From contig JAQGDQ010000138.1 of NCBI GenBank assembly GCA_030141605.1, positions 1-64,000 of the forward strand: 64,000 bases of DNA, in the 5' to 3' direction. Positions 50,783 through 64,000 of this stretch are shown one piece after another (the stretch's first letter is position 1; every line of letters starts with the position of its first letter). Both the position numbers and the translations under genes were made by a program. This DNA comes from Tubiluchus corallicola (lineage: Eukaryota > Animalia > Priapulida). The notes beneath the pieces are model-generated. The model was not told the origin of the DNA and searched no databases. It was given only the letters and a program-made list of their open reading frames with translations.

Positions 50783-53528
50783 AAAGTGACATCTTCAGTA
50801 ACTATGTGGAGAGGAAAGGTCGTTTTTCAGTGGCCTTGGCTTTTACGAAGGTAAATAAAGAAACAGCCCTCTTGCCCCTCGCGCGAATGAATTTAGAATT
50901 TTATTGGCATATAAGCTTACATTACATTACAGTGACATACATACAACAAAACAACAACAAAATACAAAAGTACAAAACAGAGCTATTACATTATAGCTAT
51001 AGTACCGAAAAAACACATAATACACAATAAATATATGTGATTTTAGTATGGACACAGTTAGATATCATGAAAAAAATAAATGATATTATCAATATTTACA
51101 TGTTAGTACTATTTATTCCCTTTTTAAACACTTAAAAATGTAATGGGCGACTATTTTGGTTATATCGCAGTCGCTGGGGTTGACTCTGTGTGAGCCAAAA
51201 ATCCGATGCAGCCGCTGCCGGCCATTTTGGAAATTATCTTTTCACTAGTTTGGCTTGAAGTGCTGCACAGTATATGGTTTCTATGACTTTCGGAGTCTAG
51301 GAAATTTTCTGATGTTGTTTTTTGTGATTTTCCTATCTTTGGCCTTCACGTCAAAAACCTGCCTGCATTATGCCACACAATTACATAGGGGACTTCGTAT
51401 AGTAGCTTTACTATTCATTTACAGTATGCCGTGTCATAGCATACAGAAAACAGAACTTTCAACGACTTTCACATTGAAATTAACCTTACCAGACACAAAA
51501 ATCGACCGCCATCGTGGCTTAAAGATCAAAGACAAATCAAATCTTGAAAGAAAGATCAAATGTGAATTCTTCGAACCGGATGTCCCAAAATCATGTGCTA
51601 TGCAGTTTTGTAGGCCAAACTCATTAAAAGCTAAAATCCAAAATGGCTGGACGTACTCACTGTCGCTTTGATAATTTTTTTACCTATTTTAACATTTAAG
51701 TCAAAGATGGCGACCGAGTTTTATGACTTGTCCACATCAACGAAAGCTCAGTTCAAGCTAGGTTATGAACAGTGAAACTGCAAGTCGAACAACAAAATTA
51801 GTCCACTGCATGTGTTAGTTCTTACCTAATTTCCTGTGGTGAAACCACTTTTGAAGTGAGCAAAAGTGAACTTCAGCCGTCATGAATATATTGTTAATGT
51901 GCATATATTAAAATATCCCCACCCCCACCCCCAAAAAAACAAGGAACGAAGGAAAACAAAGGATGACTGCACTTTAACATTTAGTGCGTAACACTGTCGT
52001 GAGCCACTACTTGGATTGGGAGATTTTAGTGATCGTTGTGCCTTTTCTTTTTCTCATGATGGATAATCCACAGCGGTAAACTGAAATATCGCGTAACTTT
52101 TTTATTTAGTTTATTAAGGATTTTTTACTAGTACAACACACTTGCTTCTTTAAGGTGCACCTTAATAATAACAATTTAGATCTTAGAGATCGCTGTGCGA
52201 AAAGTGATCATCGTGTGGACAACACTTCACAAATCGCAATGCACAATGAACAAAATATACATCAACTATCATGCAACATTATAATATAATCACCGTAGTT
52301 GGAAAGTCCTTGGGAAATTCTGCCATTTTTTGTTGCTTCTGGCGGCATGAGGAAAGCGGTTGCGTTACTACCATCTTTATCCTCCAGGTGGGAGATCCCA
52401 CTCACAGGCAAGACAACCTCCATCCATATTGTTTTGTTGTTGAGTTGTTGCTTAGTTCGTAAATAAATGCATTCAACTCTTGTGGCGAATTACGTTCCGC
52501 ATCCACAATTTTACGTTACTTTTCACGATGTCAGATTCAGACGCACACAATGCGCACATGCACAGTGTAATGACTTTGTATCTTTTTGATCTACTATATT
52601 CGTTATATCGATCGACGGGTCTCACTTTATCATGCACAGGAGTTCAAATTCAATTAGTTTTCACTAACGTGGCTATACCTCATGATTATTTTATTTACTT
52701 GCGTCACTCATTTGTTTTTTACATGCAGCTGTGTACATTTACATGAAACAGAAAGAAAACTAGATTGAAGTGAAGCGAAGAAGCCGCAACCGCAGATAGA
52801 CACTTCTCGGGCTTCAGGTGCGCAAAGTCAACTGAGATGCACTATAGTAATGATAGCGGTATTGGCAGTAATAAATAGTAATGATAGTAGTAGTGGCAAA
52901 TTTGTAGTTGTAGCTGCTGGTGCTCTTCTTTTTGCTGCTGTCACCGTGCTAGCACCGTTGTAACGCAGCACCACGGTTTTTTTGAGTCAGTTTTGAAAAT
53001 ACATATGCACCCGCATGAATGTTACTATTATTTCCTGATCTCATGTTGCAAAAATAACATGATTCTGACTTGAGACGCAGTGTGTACAGGAAACTGTCAG
53101 TTCATGACAGAAACATGACTCAGAAATTTGTCAAGCTCAATGCCTTGTAATGGCACTTCATGTTGAATGGATTCACCTTCGACTAAATACAAACTTATTT
53201 TCGAATGTGATTTTGTTTTTCTGATGCCGGTGCTATAACTTTTCTAAAAAAACAATCGATAACTAGTATAAATTAGAAACTATATATGAACTACTAGTAA
53301 TATGATTGGAGACTGAACTCAATGGTAGGAACTACAGGAGCTATAGCACACCCAAAAACGTGCAGTGCTGAAACTGTAGCAGAAGAAATTCTTTCCAACC
53401 GCCTACCATGTACTATACTAGAATTAAATGTACAGCATAGATATAGGAACTAAAATCTTACTACGTTTCCGTGTAGGAAATCACGAATTTTTGGAGAAAT
53501 TAAATAAATTGTTGCCATAGGCTACAAA

Positions 53529-53630
<102 letters not shown>

Positions 53631-53799
53631 GTACTATTATAATTAATACTTTTTATAATAATTACAATATAATATAATATTATACACTTATATATATACA
53701 CGTATTTAATTATCATCAGTATATCAGTATATACATAATACGTAACTATTAACCCACTTATTTGATAGTTTAATAAAACCATCGTATTATATTGTTCTG

Positions 53800-54939
53800 A
53801 CTGTTGGTCCCCCTTCTTGTTTAATAGTAGGAAAATATCGAAAAATAATGAAATTACAGTTGAAAATATATACGATGATTTAACCATTGAATTACCTAAT
53901 GTAAAGTTATGTAAGTTCGCTCTTGGCGTCAATAAATTTTCCGTTAATCATGGGGTCAGGGGAGAGCTGGGTGTTTCCCTCTATACGTAGACGTTATAAT
54001 CAGGACAATAAAATACTGGCTTAGAACACTGAACTCTCCACAAAATACTTTGATATACCAAACCTACGAAGAAAATAAAAATCTCCTGAACCAAAATACG
54101 GATGTTGGTTACAATTTGTAAGAAGCATTTTAAGTCATATGAGCTTTTCTCATATTTGGGAACAGCAAGGGGTCGATCAAACCAAACCTTTTCTACATGC
54201 TTTAAAGAGAAACTACAAAATAATTATAAAATTTACTGGAAGGAATGTGCTACAAAAGAAACGGGCAAAACAGACGAAACTAATAAACCACGAACCTATA
54301 CAAAATTCCAGCAAGAATTTGAAGCCGCTTCTTTTTATACATAATCATGCACTAAGATCGAACTTTACTAAACTGCGCATCAGTTCTCACAGCTTGTATG
54401 TAGAAAAAGGCCGACATTGTATACCCAAAATACCTGTTAACAAACATTGTAATGAAGGAAAAATTGAAATTGAAATGCATTTTGTACTTGACTGTAAGAT
54501 TTACTATGATCTAAAGTTAAATTTGTTCGGTTCTATTGCGAAAATTTTTCCTGCTTTTATTAATCTACCTATGGACCAAAAATTTATTTAGCTGTTAAGA
54601 GGTAGTGATTTTGAAATGACAAATATATTAGTGTCAAGATATATTACTGAGTGTTTTATAAAACCAAATTTACAAAATTGAGCTTACCTGTTGTTTTATT
54701 TAGTTATATGTAACATCTTCGTTATATAAAATGATTCTAACGCTTCACTTTAAATATGTTAACATTTTGTAAAATGCAACTTTAATATAATTTAATGTAA
54801 CTATGTTCTGCAGTATAAATTAGTTGGAAGATGTAATATGTAATTGCAATTCTAAAATTCGTTGTGTACTAAACTTTGTAAAATAACTTAACGTAATATA
54901 ATATAATTGTAATATTTAACCACTGTAAATACTGTTTAC

Positions 54940-55009
<70 letters not shown>

Positions 55010-55195
55010 CTATTATTATTGTGTTTTATTGTGTATTGTGTTAACGATTATACCACATGTGCGGGTTTTGTCTGTGTAGTTTTTTTTTCATTGTAATGTA
55101 TTGCATTGTTTATGTAATGTTTTGTAACTTGTAATTGCAATTGTAATTGTATGGCTTATAAATCGTCAATAAATGATATATACAAATAAAATACA
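53800..55195 (+). mobile_element. 5'-truncated LINE 3' end (RTEX-like) with an AT-rich 3'UTR containing (TTA)n
   Basis: KLCKFALGVNKFSVNHGVRGELG, KPRTY.KF and LRISSHSLYVEKGRH...EIEMHFVLDC..Y: the same domain type as 38843-39208. Confidence 0.8.
54940..55020 (+). repeat. (TTA)n microsatellite
   Basis: Direct inspection. Confidence 0.97.
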
Positions 55196-57019
55196 CACGG
55201 CTGCAACATAAAAGTATTTAAAGTGTTATTCATACAGTATCTTGCTGCTCCATCTATGAAATATTCTGTGTCATGATATGGCCACAAAGAAGCTTTTTGT
55301 GGTTTACTGGGATTCGTTCGCTTGCATGCCCTGTTCAAGAACTGTCGTTTCGTTCGAAATGGCTTTTTGATGCAAGTCTATTTAGAGAATTTTGACCACA
55401 TAATACCCCAAGCTTCGGTTTATTTGAAAAGTACCCACTTCTTTCTTCGTGCTCACTTTGAAAACCCAGCCTTCTGAATTATATATAAATGCAGCGGTTC
55501 AAGAGCAGAAAATATATTGGCCTAGTAACCGCTTTCTGTAAGTGAGATATTTTTGTTGCTGAAAAACACTTCTTTGCGTTTCTTTGAGTTTTGTTTGTTT
55601 ACGCTTTCACTTTTTTATATCATAAGGTCTACATTGCGTGTGTTTCGGGTTTTCGAGAAATACTTTTGTTTTATTTTACTTTGTCCCGATGCAGTGCATT
55701 CTCAGATCGTAACGTTACACTGATGTGTTGATTTTTCGATTTTCTGAAACTGTTTTATTTGCTTAATGACATTTTTGTTTTTGCAAAAATAAAAATTTCT
55801 TCTGACGCTATAATTTATTTTTGAGTATATTTAAAACTTTAATAAAAGTGGAGAAAGTAGTTTGTTTGAAGTAAAATCGTTCAATGCGGTAAATCAGTAG
55901 TGTTGTAATGGTACTTACGTTTCGTTCGCAAACATCTTCTTGTAAACCACTGATCGTTTACTGTGTTATTTTTTACTGCGTCTGCTTGCTCTGTTATTCT
56001 TTACTTACGTGTTTGATTACTAAACTACTCCGTAATTCTATGTATTGTGTATTGGCTATTTGATTAATGTGGATTAGTATTTTGCTCATTGTTTGTTATA
56101 TGTGTTTGCTCATTATATTGTGTTTCGTCCCATCACCCGATCTTTTTTCTAATCATATTTAAATAAGGCGGCTGACATAGTTTATTCGTTTGTTGTGTGG
56201 TCAACGGGGCTAATCTATTATCTAGGAACATTTTACAAAATCCACATCAATTTACATGTACGTACGAGAGTATTTAGCTACAGCACATTATATTATTATG
56301 TCAGATGACTACATAATATAGGATGCTTTAGATTTGTCATAAAACTTTCATCAAATGTTGACCTAGCCATTTCTGTAACAAGACTAGCGAGTGACTTGAA
56401 ATGTGCAAAAAGTAATTTAGGCTCAATATTCGCACTATATAGCCAGATTTCTTTAACAAATTCCACGTTATTTTGAAACTGGTCCTAAAGTTTGCATGCA
56501 GCAGCACACCCATTTTCGCTTGGTATTGGCGTTTTTCTTTTGTCGTTTTTTTAACACTAAAATACCCTGACTGGACATCTATATTATTTCTATTTAGCTG
56601 AAATTTACGTAAACTGTTTGAATTTTCTGTTTACGATTGTACACTCGTAATCGATACAAGGTTTTCGAATAATTTTCGCATTAAAAAATTTTTCGTCTGC
56701 ACACACTTCATACAGTTGCTAGAGCCATAAAAATAATAATTTCTTGTACTTCTGATACGGTACTTGATGAACTGTAGTTCCTACTTGATTTTATATTTGA
56801 CCATATTTGATTAACATTGCTTTGAGAAATTTGTTTTTATAATTATTGGCTAGAGATTTTCGCAGTCTTTTGTGAAAGACATACATATTAATCTGCTCCT
56901 TATATTCTATCACTTATGTTTGTGTAGTTTTCATTGCTGCAGAAACATAAACGTGATGCGATAGATCATGAGGAAGGGCTACATACCTGTCATTTCATCA
57001 TAAAAAGGTATAATTATAC

Positions 57020-57273
57020 TAAGCGCAGGGGATCGTTTCAACGGGCAACTGTCGTTATCAATGCTAGAAATCATGTCAAAACAAATAATTAATACATTTA
57101 TATGCTTATTTATGTTAATTATCTTTATATTATTTATGCTTAATATACTTATACACAAATACAACTATATTGTGTGCCATGGTTGTAGTGTCATAAATGT
57201 ATTAATTATTTGTTTTGACAGGATTTCTAGCATTGATAATGACATTTGCTGTCGAAAAGATCTCTTGCGCTTA
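57020..57273. repeat. Hairpin/MITE with about 82-bp inverted arms
   Basis: TAAGCGCAGGGGATC...ATCAATGCTAGAAATCATGTCAAAACAAATAATTAATACATTTAT (57020-57102) pairs with 57193-57273. Confidence 0.85.
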
Positions 57274-57274
57274 A

Positions 57275-60200
57275 TAAACACCATATTGATTCCTAGAGGT
57301 GGGCTCTTTTAGGTATATATTTATGCTGTATGAAATACAAATACAAAAACATAAATGCATTACGCCTAAATTAATTGCAGCCGCATTCACTTTTTTTAAA
57401 ACACAGAGAATGTGCTGTCGTTTTACTTGGTTAGGAAGTCCGTCCCACAATGCAGCACCTTGATATTCAACAGAGTGTTTCATGACATTAGTTTTGCCTT
57501 TGGGAATGTGAAATTTATTATGTTGTCTGCTTGCATGAGTATGTGTGTCATTATTAAAAACAAAGATACTTTCAAATACATCAGGCAACAAATTGTTAAC
57601 ATGCACGTATACAAAACAACAAATTGCCAGGACAACAACGCCATAAAGTTTTGAAACTTTCAAATATATAAATAATTTAGTAGTATTAGATCTACGAGAG
57701 CGCTAAGTTAGATTATTCTAACTAGCTTTTTCTGTATTGTTATTTATCTATCTAAGGGATCCATGTAATCGACGCCCCAGATCATACAACAATAATCAAA
57801 TATGGGTACGCAGAATTATAGTATATTCGCTTAAGACTGGAATTTTTAGAATTTTGTTACATTTTTACTATACCAACATCATTGCTAAGCCTAGTTTGCA
57901 TACTTTTTCCATGACGCCTTTCCGTCTAAGCCTAAGGCGACGCCCAAAAATTTAGTTTGCGTGGCTTGGTCATTAAAATTAAGATTTATTTTCAATCATA
58001 TTTAACATACTTCTTGTTTTTTGCACTAAGAAAGTATAAAATTAGTTTTAATAATGTTTAAAGTTAGTTTTTTTTGGATATAAGTTCAGCATTTACCGTA
58101 TTACAGAAAGACATGTATGTATGTAGGTTATTGACTAAATTACATTACATGTTTACATGAAGAACGAGGTAATGCCACAATCGATTATTAGTGATTTTAG
58201 TCCAAATGCACTTTACGCGCATTTTCTTCTCAAGGTTACAGCAATAAAAACAGTGTTATGCATAGAAGGTATTACATAAAATTTTTTAAAGAACACAACG
58301 GTAAAGCTATAAGCAAACTGCCTATACGCAGAACTGATGTCACACCATTCATACATTTTACTACACGTCATTCACTTCATATTAATTAGTACGTCGGCAC
58401 AAAAGTTGCAAAATTTCATGAAATATTATGCAACAATTAGTTGCTCAAAGAAGTGAGTTAAATCAGCAAGGTTTACATTGTCGTAGTGGTTTCTAATATT
58501 AGATGTTAGGGGGCATGTCTGCATAACCTGTTTCTCGGTTGAATGTCCCCACAAGGACACAATGTTTCTGTGAGATATAATGAAACTTGTATAATCAGCA
58601 AATATAATAGAGAATAATTTACTAATTTACACATTACCTAAATCATTAATATAAATCAAAATAAAATTGGTCTCAAGACCCAACCTTGAGGAAATCCGCA
58701 GATAATGTCTAACTTGTCTGAAATACAGTCATTGTACAATACATACCGCTTTATGCCACTTAAGTGACGAACAAGCCATTTACAGCATATAATTCTAATG
58801 CCGTGATACTTTAATTTGCTCAGCAAAATTTTGCGGTCGACAAGTTCCAACGCTTTGCTGAAGCCTACAAACAAACAAAGAGCATACTCGTTATTCTCAA
58901 TTGCTTGAGTAATTTTGTTTACAAGAGTTAAAATAGTCATGCTTGTCGAACGGTTCTCACTGAAACCGAAACGAAATTTATGCGGCAGATCTCGTTTGTT
59001 TGTTAATTTAATCAGACGCCTAAACATCAGATTTTCTAAGACTTTAGAAAGCACTGGTAAACTCGATATTGGCCGGTAATTAAAGAATAAGTTGCGCCTC
59101 TCTGCTTTTGTAAATCGGAAATATTTTATCCTCTTTAAGTTCAGTTGGTACAACGCCATCAGCACAAGATTAATTAAAACGATAACACAAAGGATCAGAT
59201 ATACTATTTATTATTATATTATTATTATATTATTTGGAAATATTTTATAGATATATTATTTGGAAATACAATCAATATGCCACTGGCTTTAAATTTTCAA
59301 GATGAATTTTATAATTTAAATGCATTTATAATTTCATCTTTAGTAATAGAGTTAATAAATATTGATTAATGAAGCTGTATGTCTAAAACGGAGTATAGCT
59401 ATAATTAGTAGGTGAGTCTGAATTAGCAGTAGACGAACTACATTTATAAAAAAAATATTAAATGCGTTAGATACTTCGATGCTTTCATCAACATCCCTTT
59501 CATCACAGAAGAACTTTGTCTGGCTTCTTAACACTGCTATTTTGCTTAATTAACACAAGCTTCAAAACTTGCCAAGATTTTGAGATAATATTCTTGGTCT
59601 CCTGTATTTTCGATTGCTAGGGTTTCGTTCATTATTCTTATTAATTTAGTTAATTTATTCTTAGATTTTATAGGCACCTAGCGCATTCATAAATGGATTT
59701 TTCAAAATAATCGCTGTACTAGCTATTTTCTCAGTAAACCTGCAGTATTTTTTAAATCCATGGTTTGCCAGAATAACCGTGGCAAACACTAACAAAACGT
59801 TTCAATGGGAAGCATTTTTATACTCCTCCAAAAATCTATTTACCAAGCGACTATAATCCGTTTGGGAATCGTTAAAGACAAGCAAGTCTTGCCACGGGAT
59901 AGCTTTAATAGTATTTCTAAACTTTTTGTCTCACAAGAACACGTTTGTAACAAACGACCTTTTGCGGTCACAGTACAAAATATTTGGAAGTGGTTCGCAA
60001 TTTGAGTACACACTGTTTTCACAATTAGCAATAATACTTTAAAAAATTATCAGTCATAGTGTTACCAAACTAGTTACTTTCGTTGGTTTGTCAACAACTG
60101 TGAAGTAACCATGAGAATACCTTGTTTCCAGTAACTCATGCATTGAAACATGCATTTAACAAAATAAAAAAAAACGAAAGGTCAAGCCTTACGGGAAGTT

Positions 60201-60900
60201 AGGCTTATTTCAATGTTCGCGAAAATGTTCGAAAGATTCAGTAATAAAAGTGTGATAAGCGCCTCATGTAATTAGCAATATTAGTTTAAACTCGCGATCA
60301 ATGTTGAATGCCCATTCTTCCACTAATGACATCGCTCGTCGACTGAAGAAAAACAGATCCCGTCAATTCCCGTCAAAAGATAATGAGTTTTTATAAAAAG
60401 TAGCATAGTTAATTTTGCGATATTATTGCATGAACAGTAGGTAAGCTGCAGAAGTTTGAATTGGTTTGAACAGCGCGCGCTTACGGAACGCCACGATACG
60501 CATACGAAAAGTCATGAAGTCCACCTATTACGTCATAATTTTCAATTGAATTTTCTGAAAATGTCTATGCAGCGGTAGTGTAAATTAACTATACGCTTTA
60601 TAGACAGGTTTTCTGCAAGTTTCTTTGTTGTATTTTTCTAGGTTTAAGTGATAACAGTAAAATATCCCCAACAGGCTAAGGGACCTGTCCTTTCCTTTAA
60701 TATTACAGTCACCCAACATATATAATTTTTTATTTTTCTTTCTCATAATTTCTAGAAATGAGTTTAATTTGTGATAAAATGACTAGACGCCCGACCCAGG
60801 CGGCCTGTAGATAACGCTGATTAGGATACTTTTCAAATCAGCCGAGACAGCATTCTGTTCAAGTAATGTTTGCAATACTTTTACTGCATCATTGAATTTT
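57275..60900 (-). mobile_element. Near full-length degenerate L2/Crack-type LINE ORF2 (APE and RT)
   Basis: APE motifs ILISVIYRPP (about 60800), LYMLGDCNI (about 60705) and KPTKVT...DNFF (about 60060). RT motifs NYRPISSLPVLSKVLE, FSKA.E.VD..ILL.KL.YHGIR and CGFPQG. C-terminal VHVNNLLPDVFESIF...SVEYQGAALWDGLP. Confidence 0.88.
60174..60696. mobile_element. Kolobok-type MITE family A, copy 2 (inserted in a LINE endonuclease)
   Basis: Homologous to 9204-9743; ends GTCCTTTCCT|TTAA; left end degenerate (ACGAAAGG). Confidence 0.78.
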
Positions 60901-63249
60901 AGGTGGTTAAACTATATAAAATTCAATGTTGTCAACTTGTTCAGAATAGGAGTACATCATATATTCACTTGCATTACTGATATGACTGTATGTCGTTTCG
61001 CCAGTCAACTTTTTCGCCAGTTTACTTTTTCGCCAGTTCACTTTTTCAGAAGGTAGGTAAATACTAGAGCAGGTAAGATTTTTACAGTTTAGAGTTAAAA
61101 AATGCTTACAAACAGCACATTTCGTTTTGAATGAAGTGATTTCATCATTAACGTCTTCTAAATGTGGCCTACATTCTCTGCACAAAGCCTCTAAGCCTCG
61201 TGACGTTAATTACAATCTCTGGGTCTCTCAGGAATCCTAGGTAGTTCCTAAGTAGTGCGGTTGCCATTGATTAGTAATAATGGTGTCAACTACTTCTGGA
61301 TCTTGCACTGTGCTTTCAGCCGTTCTGCACGCTGCTTCACACCTAGTCCGAAGAAAATAAGTACGTAGGTTTTTCTTCATTACAGCAGTAAAAGATGCTA
61401 AACTTTGAACCTTAACGGAAACTTTTCCTTAGTCACTGTGACAGCGTGTCCAAGAAAATGTTAAATTGTTGTTAGGATGTTTTGCCAAGCAGTCCCGCTG
61501 TCACGAGTTTTACCTTGATTGACCAAAATATAGTAAAAATTAGCAGGATTTTTAATAATGATAATAAACAAGACATTGTATTATTTTCGATTCTCACAGA
61601 AAAGAAACTGTGCCGGCGAAAAAAGTTCTTGTGTAAACAAACACGTAGAAAAGCAATAATGGTTAACGTGAAGTGCTTTGCATAGCCAATTCAAATGTTT
61701 CAAAAATCAACTGGATAAATCTAACGTATAAAATTTAACATTTACTCAACTTTACGATGGCTGGACCCAGCAGAACTGTCCAGGGAGACGGATACCGTCA
61801 GCAATGCTCCTATCACGTACTCCTCCACGAATCGTACCACGCTTCCCACCAGGTGCCAAACCGTGCGTGCCAAACCAAGTATCCTATATGGCTTTCAGGA
61901 CACGTCTGCCAAAACCATCAGCTCCTATGTCTCCCAAAAATGCCAATTGACTCCTCGAGACGGTATTGCACTGAAAAATGACATTCAGCAAATAAACTGG
62001 AACTCAGTCTTCATAAGAGGAAGAGTTTAAAGACAAACATTACCATTAAGAAACACAATCGGGGATTTCTTGAATAACCAAATTTGCTCCAAAGCCTCTC
62101 TAACTAATAACCAAATAGCCCGCGAGGTGGCTTCCACTTTGACGACATCAACACATGTTAAGAAGGAGAAACATGTGTTCAACAAAAAGTAGCTATTTTA
62201 CCTTGAGCTACAAAACCAGATAGACAACAAAACTAGGCCAATATCTAGGCCAAAGGCAGGTAAATTTGATCATGTGACCCAGGCCACCTAATGTTACAAA
62301 AAAATCAGTGGCGACAGAAATCACAATTCTAATAAAAAATATTAACTATAATGGCAATCAATGTTATACCAACAATATCAATAAATTTTGGATTTTCTTC
62401 AAAAATACATTAATAGAAAATAAGGCAATCAATTATTAATAGCGCATCACAATAGACAGCTTAGGTCGTCGAGTATTTCTTTGCGGACTAGTGCCAAGAG
62501 AGGCCACTACAGTGCTTTGAGCATATTTAGTAACATATTCAGTATCCCATCCAATACATGTATAATTTTATTCAGTTTTTCATTCTTTTCATCTCTCTCA
62601 TTATCTGTGTGAAAGTTGTAACTGTATATTTTAGGTGTTGCCATCTATTGATTAGTTACTTTAACATTTACTAGTTCAATTCACCCCTTATTACAATTGT
62701 TCGGTCCAGTGAATATTCAAACTCTCTGTATCTCCCCTATTTTACTGTAATGGGATATGTGAAGCCATGTTTTTGCATAGTTCTTTACATATATAAACTG
62801 GCTAGATTCCACTTCTAGCCGCTGTCTACTCATTCGTGATCACTGCAGGACACTCTGGTCCTCAGTGCAGCAGTCATGTTACCTATAACTATGTAGTGTA
62901 CTTATTGTAATAAAAGTGTTTTAGTTTTGTGCAAACATGTAATCTGGTGTTTAGTTGTTTTCTACAAGTGTTAAATTTCGACTTCACAAATAACTTTCAC
63001 AATCTGCAAACATCTCGGCTCTTAGTTGTGTAATTTCTGGTTTTAATTCATCAACAGAGTGAAGCGATCTGAATGGCTGTTTTACTTCTCATTAATTCAG
63101 TTTTTACAGAATTCATTTCACTGGTTCAAAAAAAACAAATAGAACTGCTTAGTTTTGTCAACATTGTATTTGATACAGGTTTTGCAGCGGTACAGGCTGT
63201 GCCAATTTATTCTTCTCTGCACATGGTTCACACAAAATTTCTCCATTAT

Positions 63250-63950
63250 CTCTGATATGTATGGTTGATTGATATTTCTTTAAGTCTGATTGTGAAATTT
63301 CAAGCTCATTTCAAACGTGCAAATGGCTTGTAAAAATAGGAATGCAATTGCCAGAACAACAATAAAGTGCAGTGCACTTAAAGTTAGAACATAGTCCTCG
63401 ACAGCACGCTTTAATAGCTTCTGGCAAATTATTCCACGTTGGATTCCAATCATCATACGTACGTACCTATCCACAACTATGACGGAATGTCTTGAGTACG
63501 TGCTCTGCTTACACTCACTTTGATCACAGAAAAAGTATTTCGATTCACCGAAATGATCAACCGTCGAAGAATCTACAAAAATTCTACCTTTTTTGGAATG
63601 GGCTCTGCTATGGCTTCCCGATGCATGTGAACTTTCCTAAAGTGCTTCAGCTCTTGTCAGCTTTTTAAATAACATGTGATATACACTCGGCGTGCCTCAA
63701 GTGTTCCTTTGATGTCTGACTCATCATTTTACTCGAATGTATAATTAAAGGAATGCGGTTAGCTTTTTTTAATTCCAACAGATTGTTATCAATGTACTCA
63801 TCACTAGTTTTTAATAGTTGACTTTTCGAAAGTCATCAAACTTTGATTCATGTTGTCTTCATAGCATAAATAGCACAGCTGCCAATTTGTCTGCTGCACC
63901 ATTGCATTACTAGTTTATCACTGCAGCTAGGCATAATTTTATCTGATTTT
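63250..63950 (-). mobile_element. Highly degenerate L2/CR1-group LINE 3' remnant
   Basis: WNNLPEAIK at about 63430 and a YADD-like remnant at about 63865; otherwise eroded. Confidence 0.4.
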
Positions 63951-64000
63951 GGCGTTGTTAAATGTTTAGTTATTCCCTACAATATTTTACTAATCAAACA

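Noticed and set aside
61700-62260. Possible + strand coding exon (ORF 61757..61981)
   Set aside because: There is no splice context. Weak motifs (LSGH, LKNDIQQINWNSV) suggest an eroded LINE endonuclease/linker, too degenerate to call.

Overview
AT-rich genomic DNA from an animal, most likely a marine invertebrate judging by its repeat complement; the species cannot be determined from the sequence. One intact host gene dominates the window. It is a minus-strand receptor tyrosine kinase that I assembled by hand from 21 coding exons (41378 to 2339). All introns are GT-AG, every junction is phase-compatible, and the CDS is 3246 nt, or 1081 aa plus stop. Its architecture is signal peptide, a 10-Cys domain whose spacing matches the anosmin-1/KAL1 Cys-box, three FN3 domains with Torso-type motifs, a Cys-containing TM helix, a split RET/FGFR/Torso-type kinase with all catalytic motifs intact, and a Ser-rich tail of about 200 aa carrying YxxM and NPxY motifs. 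Most exons are missing from the supplied ORF track. The introns and the 22 kb upstream are filled with decayed transposons. These include a Harbinger transposase nested in a MULE-like element with a 9-bp TSD, a piggyBac relic, several TTAA-flanked Kolobok-type MITEs, Harbinger- and Academ-like MITEs, and several LINE relics (RTEX-like, L2/Crack, RTE). One LINE relic keeps a degenerate viral-type 2A stop-go motif. No prokaryotic features, CRISPR arrays or intact RNA genes were found. All family assignments come from motif recognition, not database searches.
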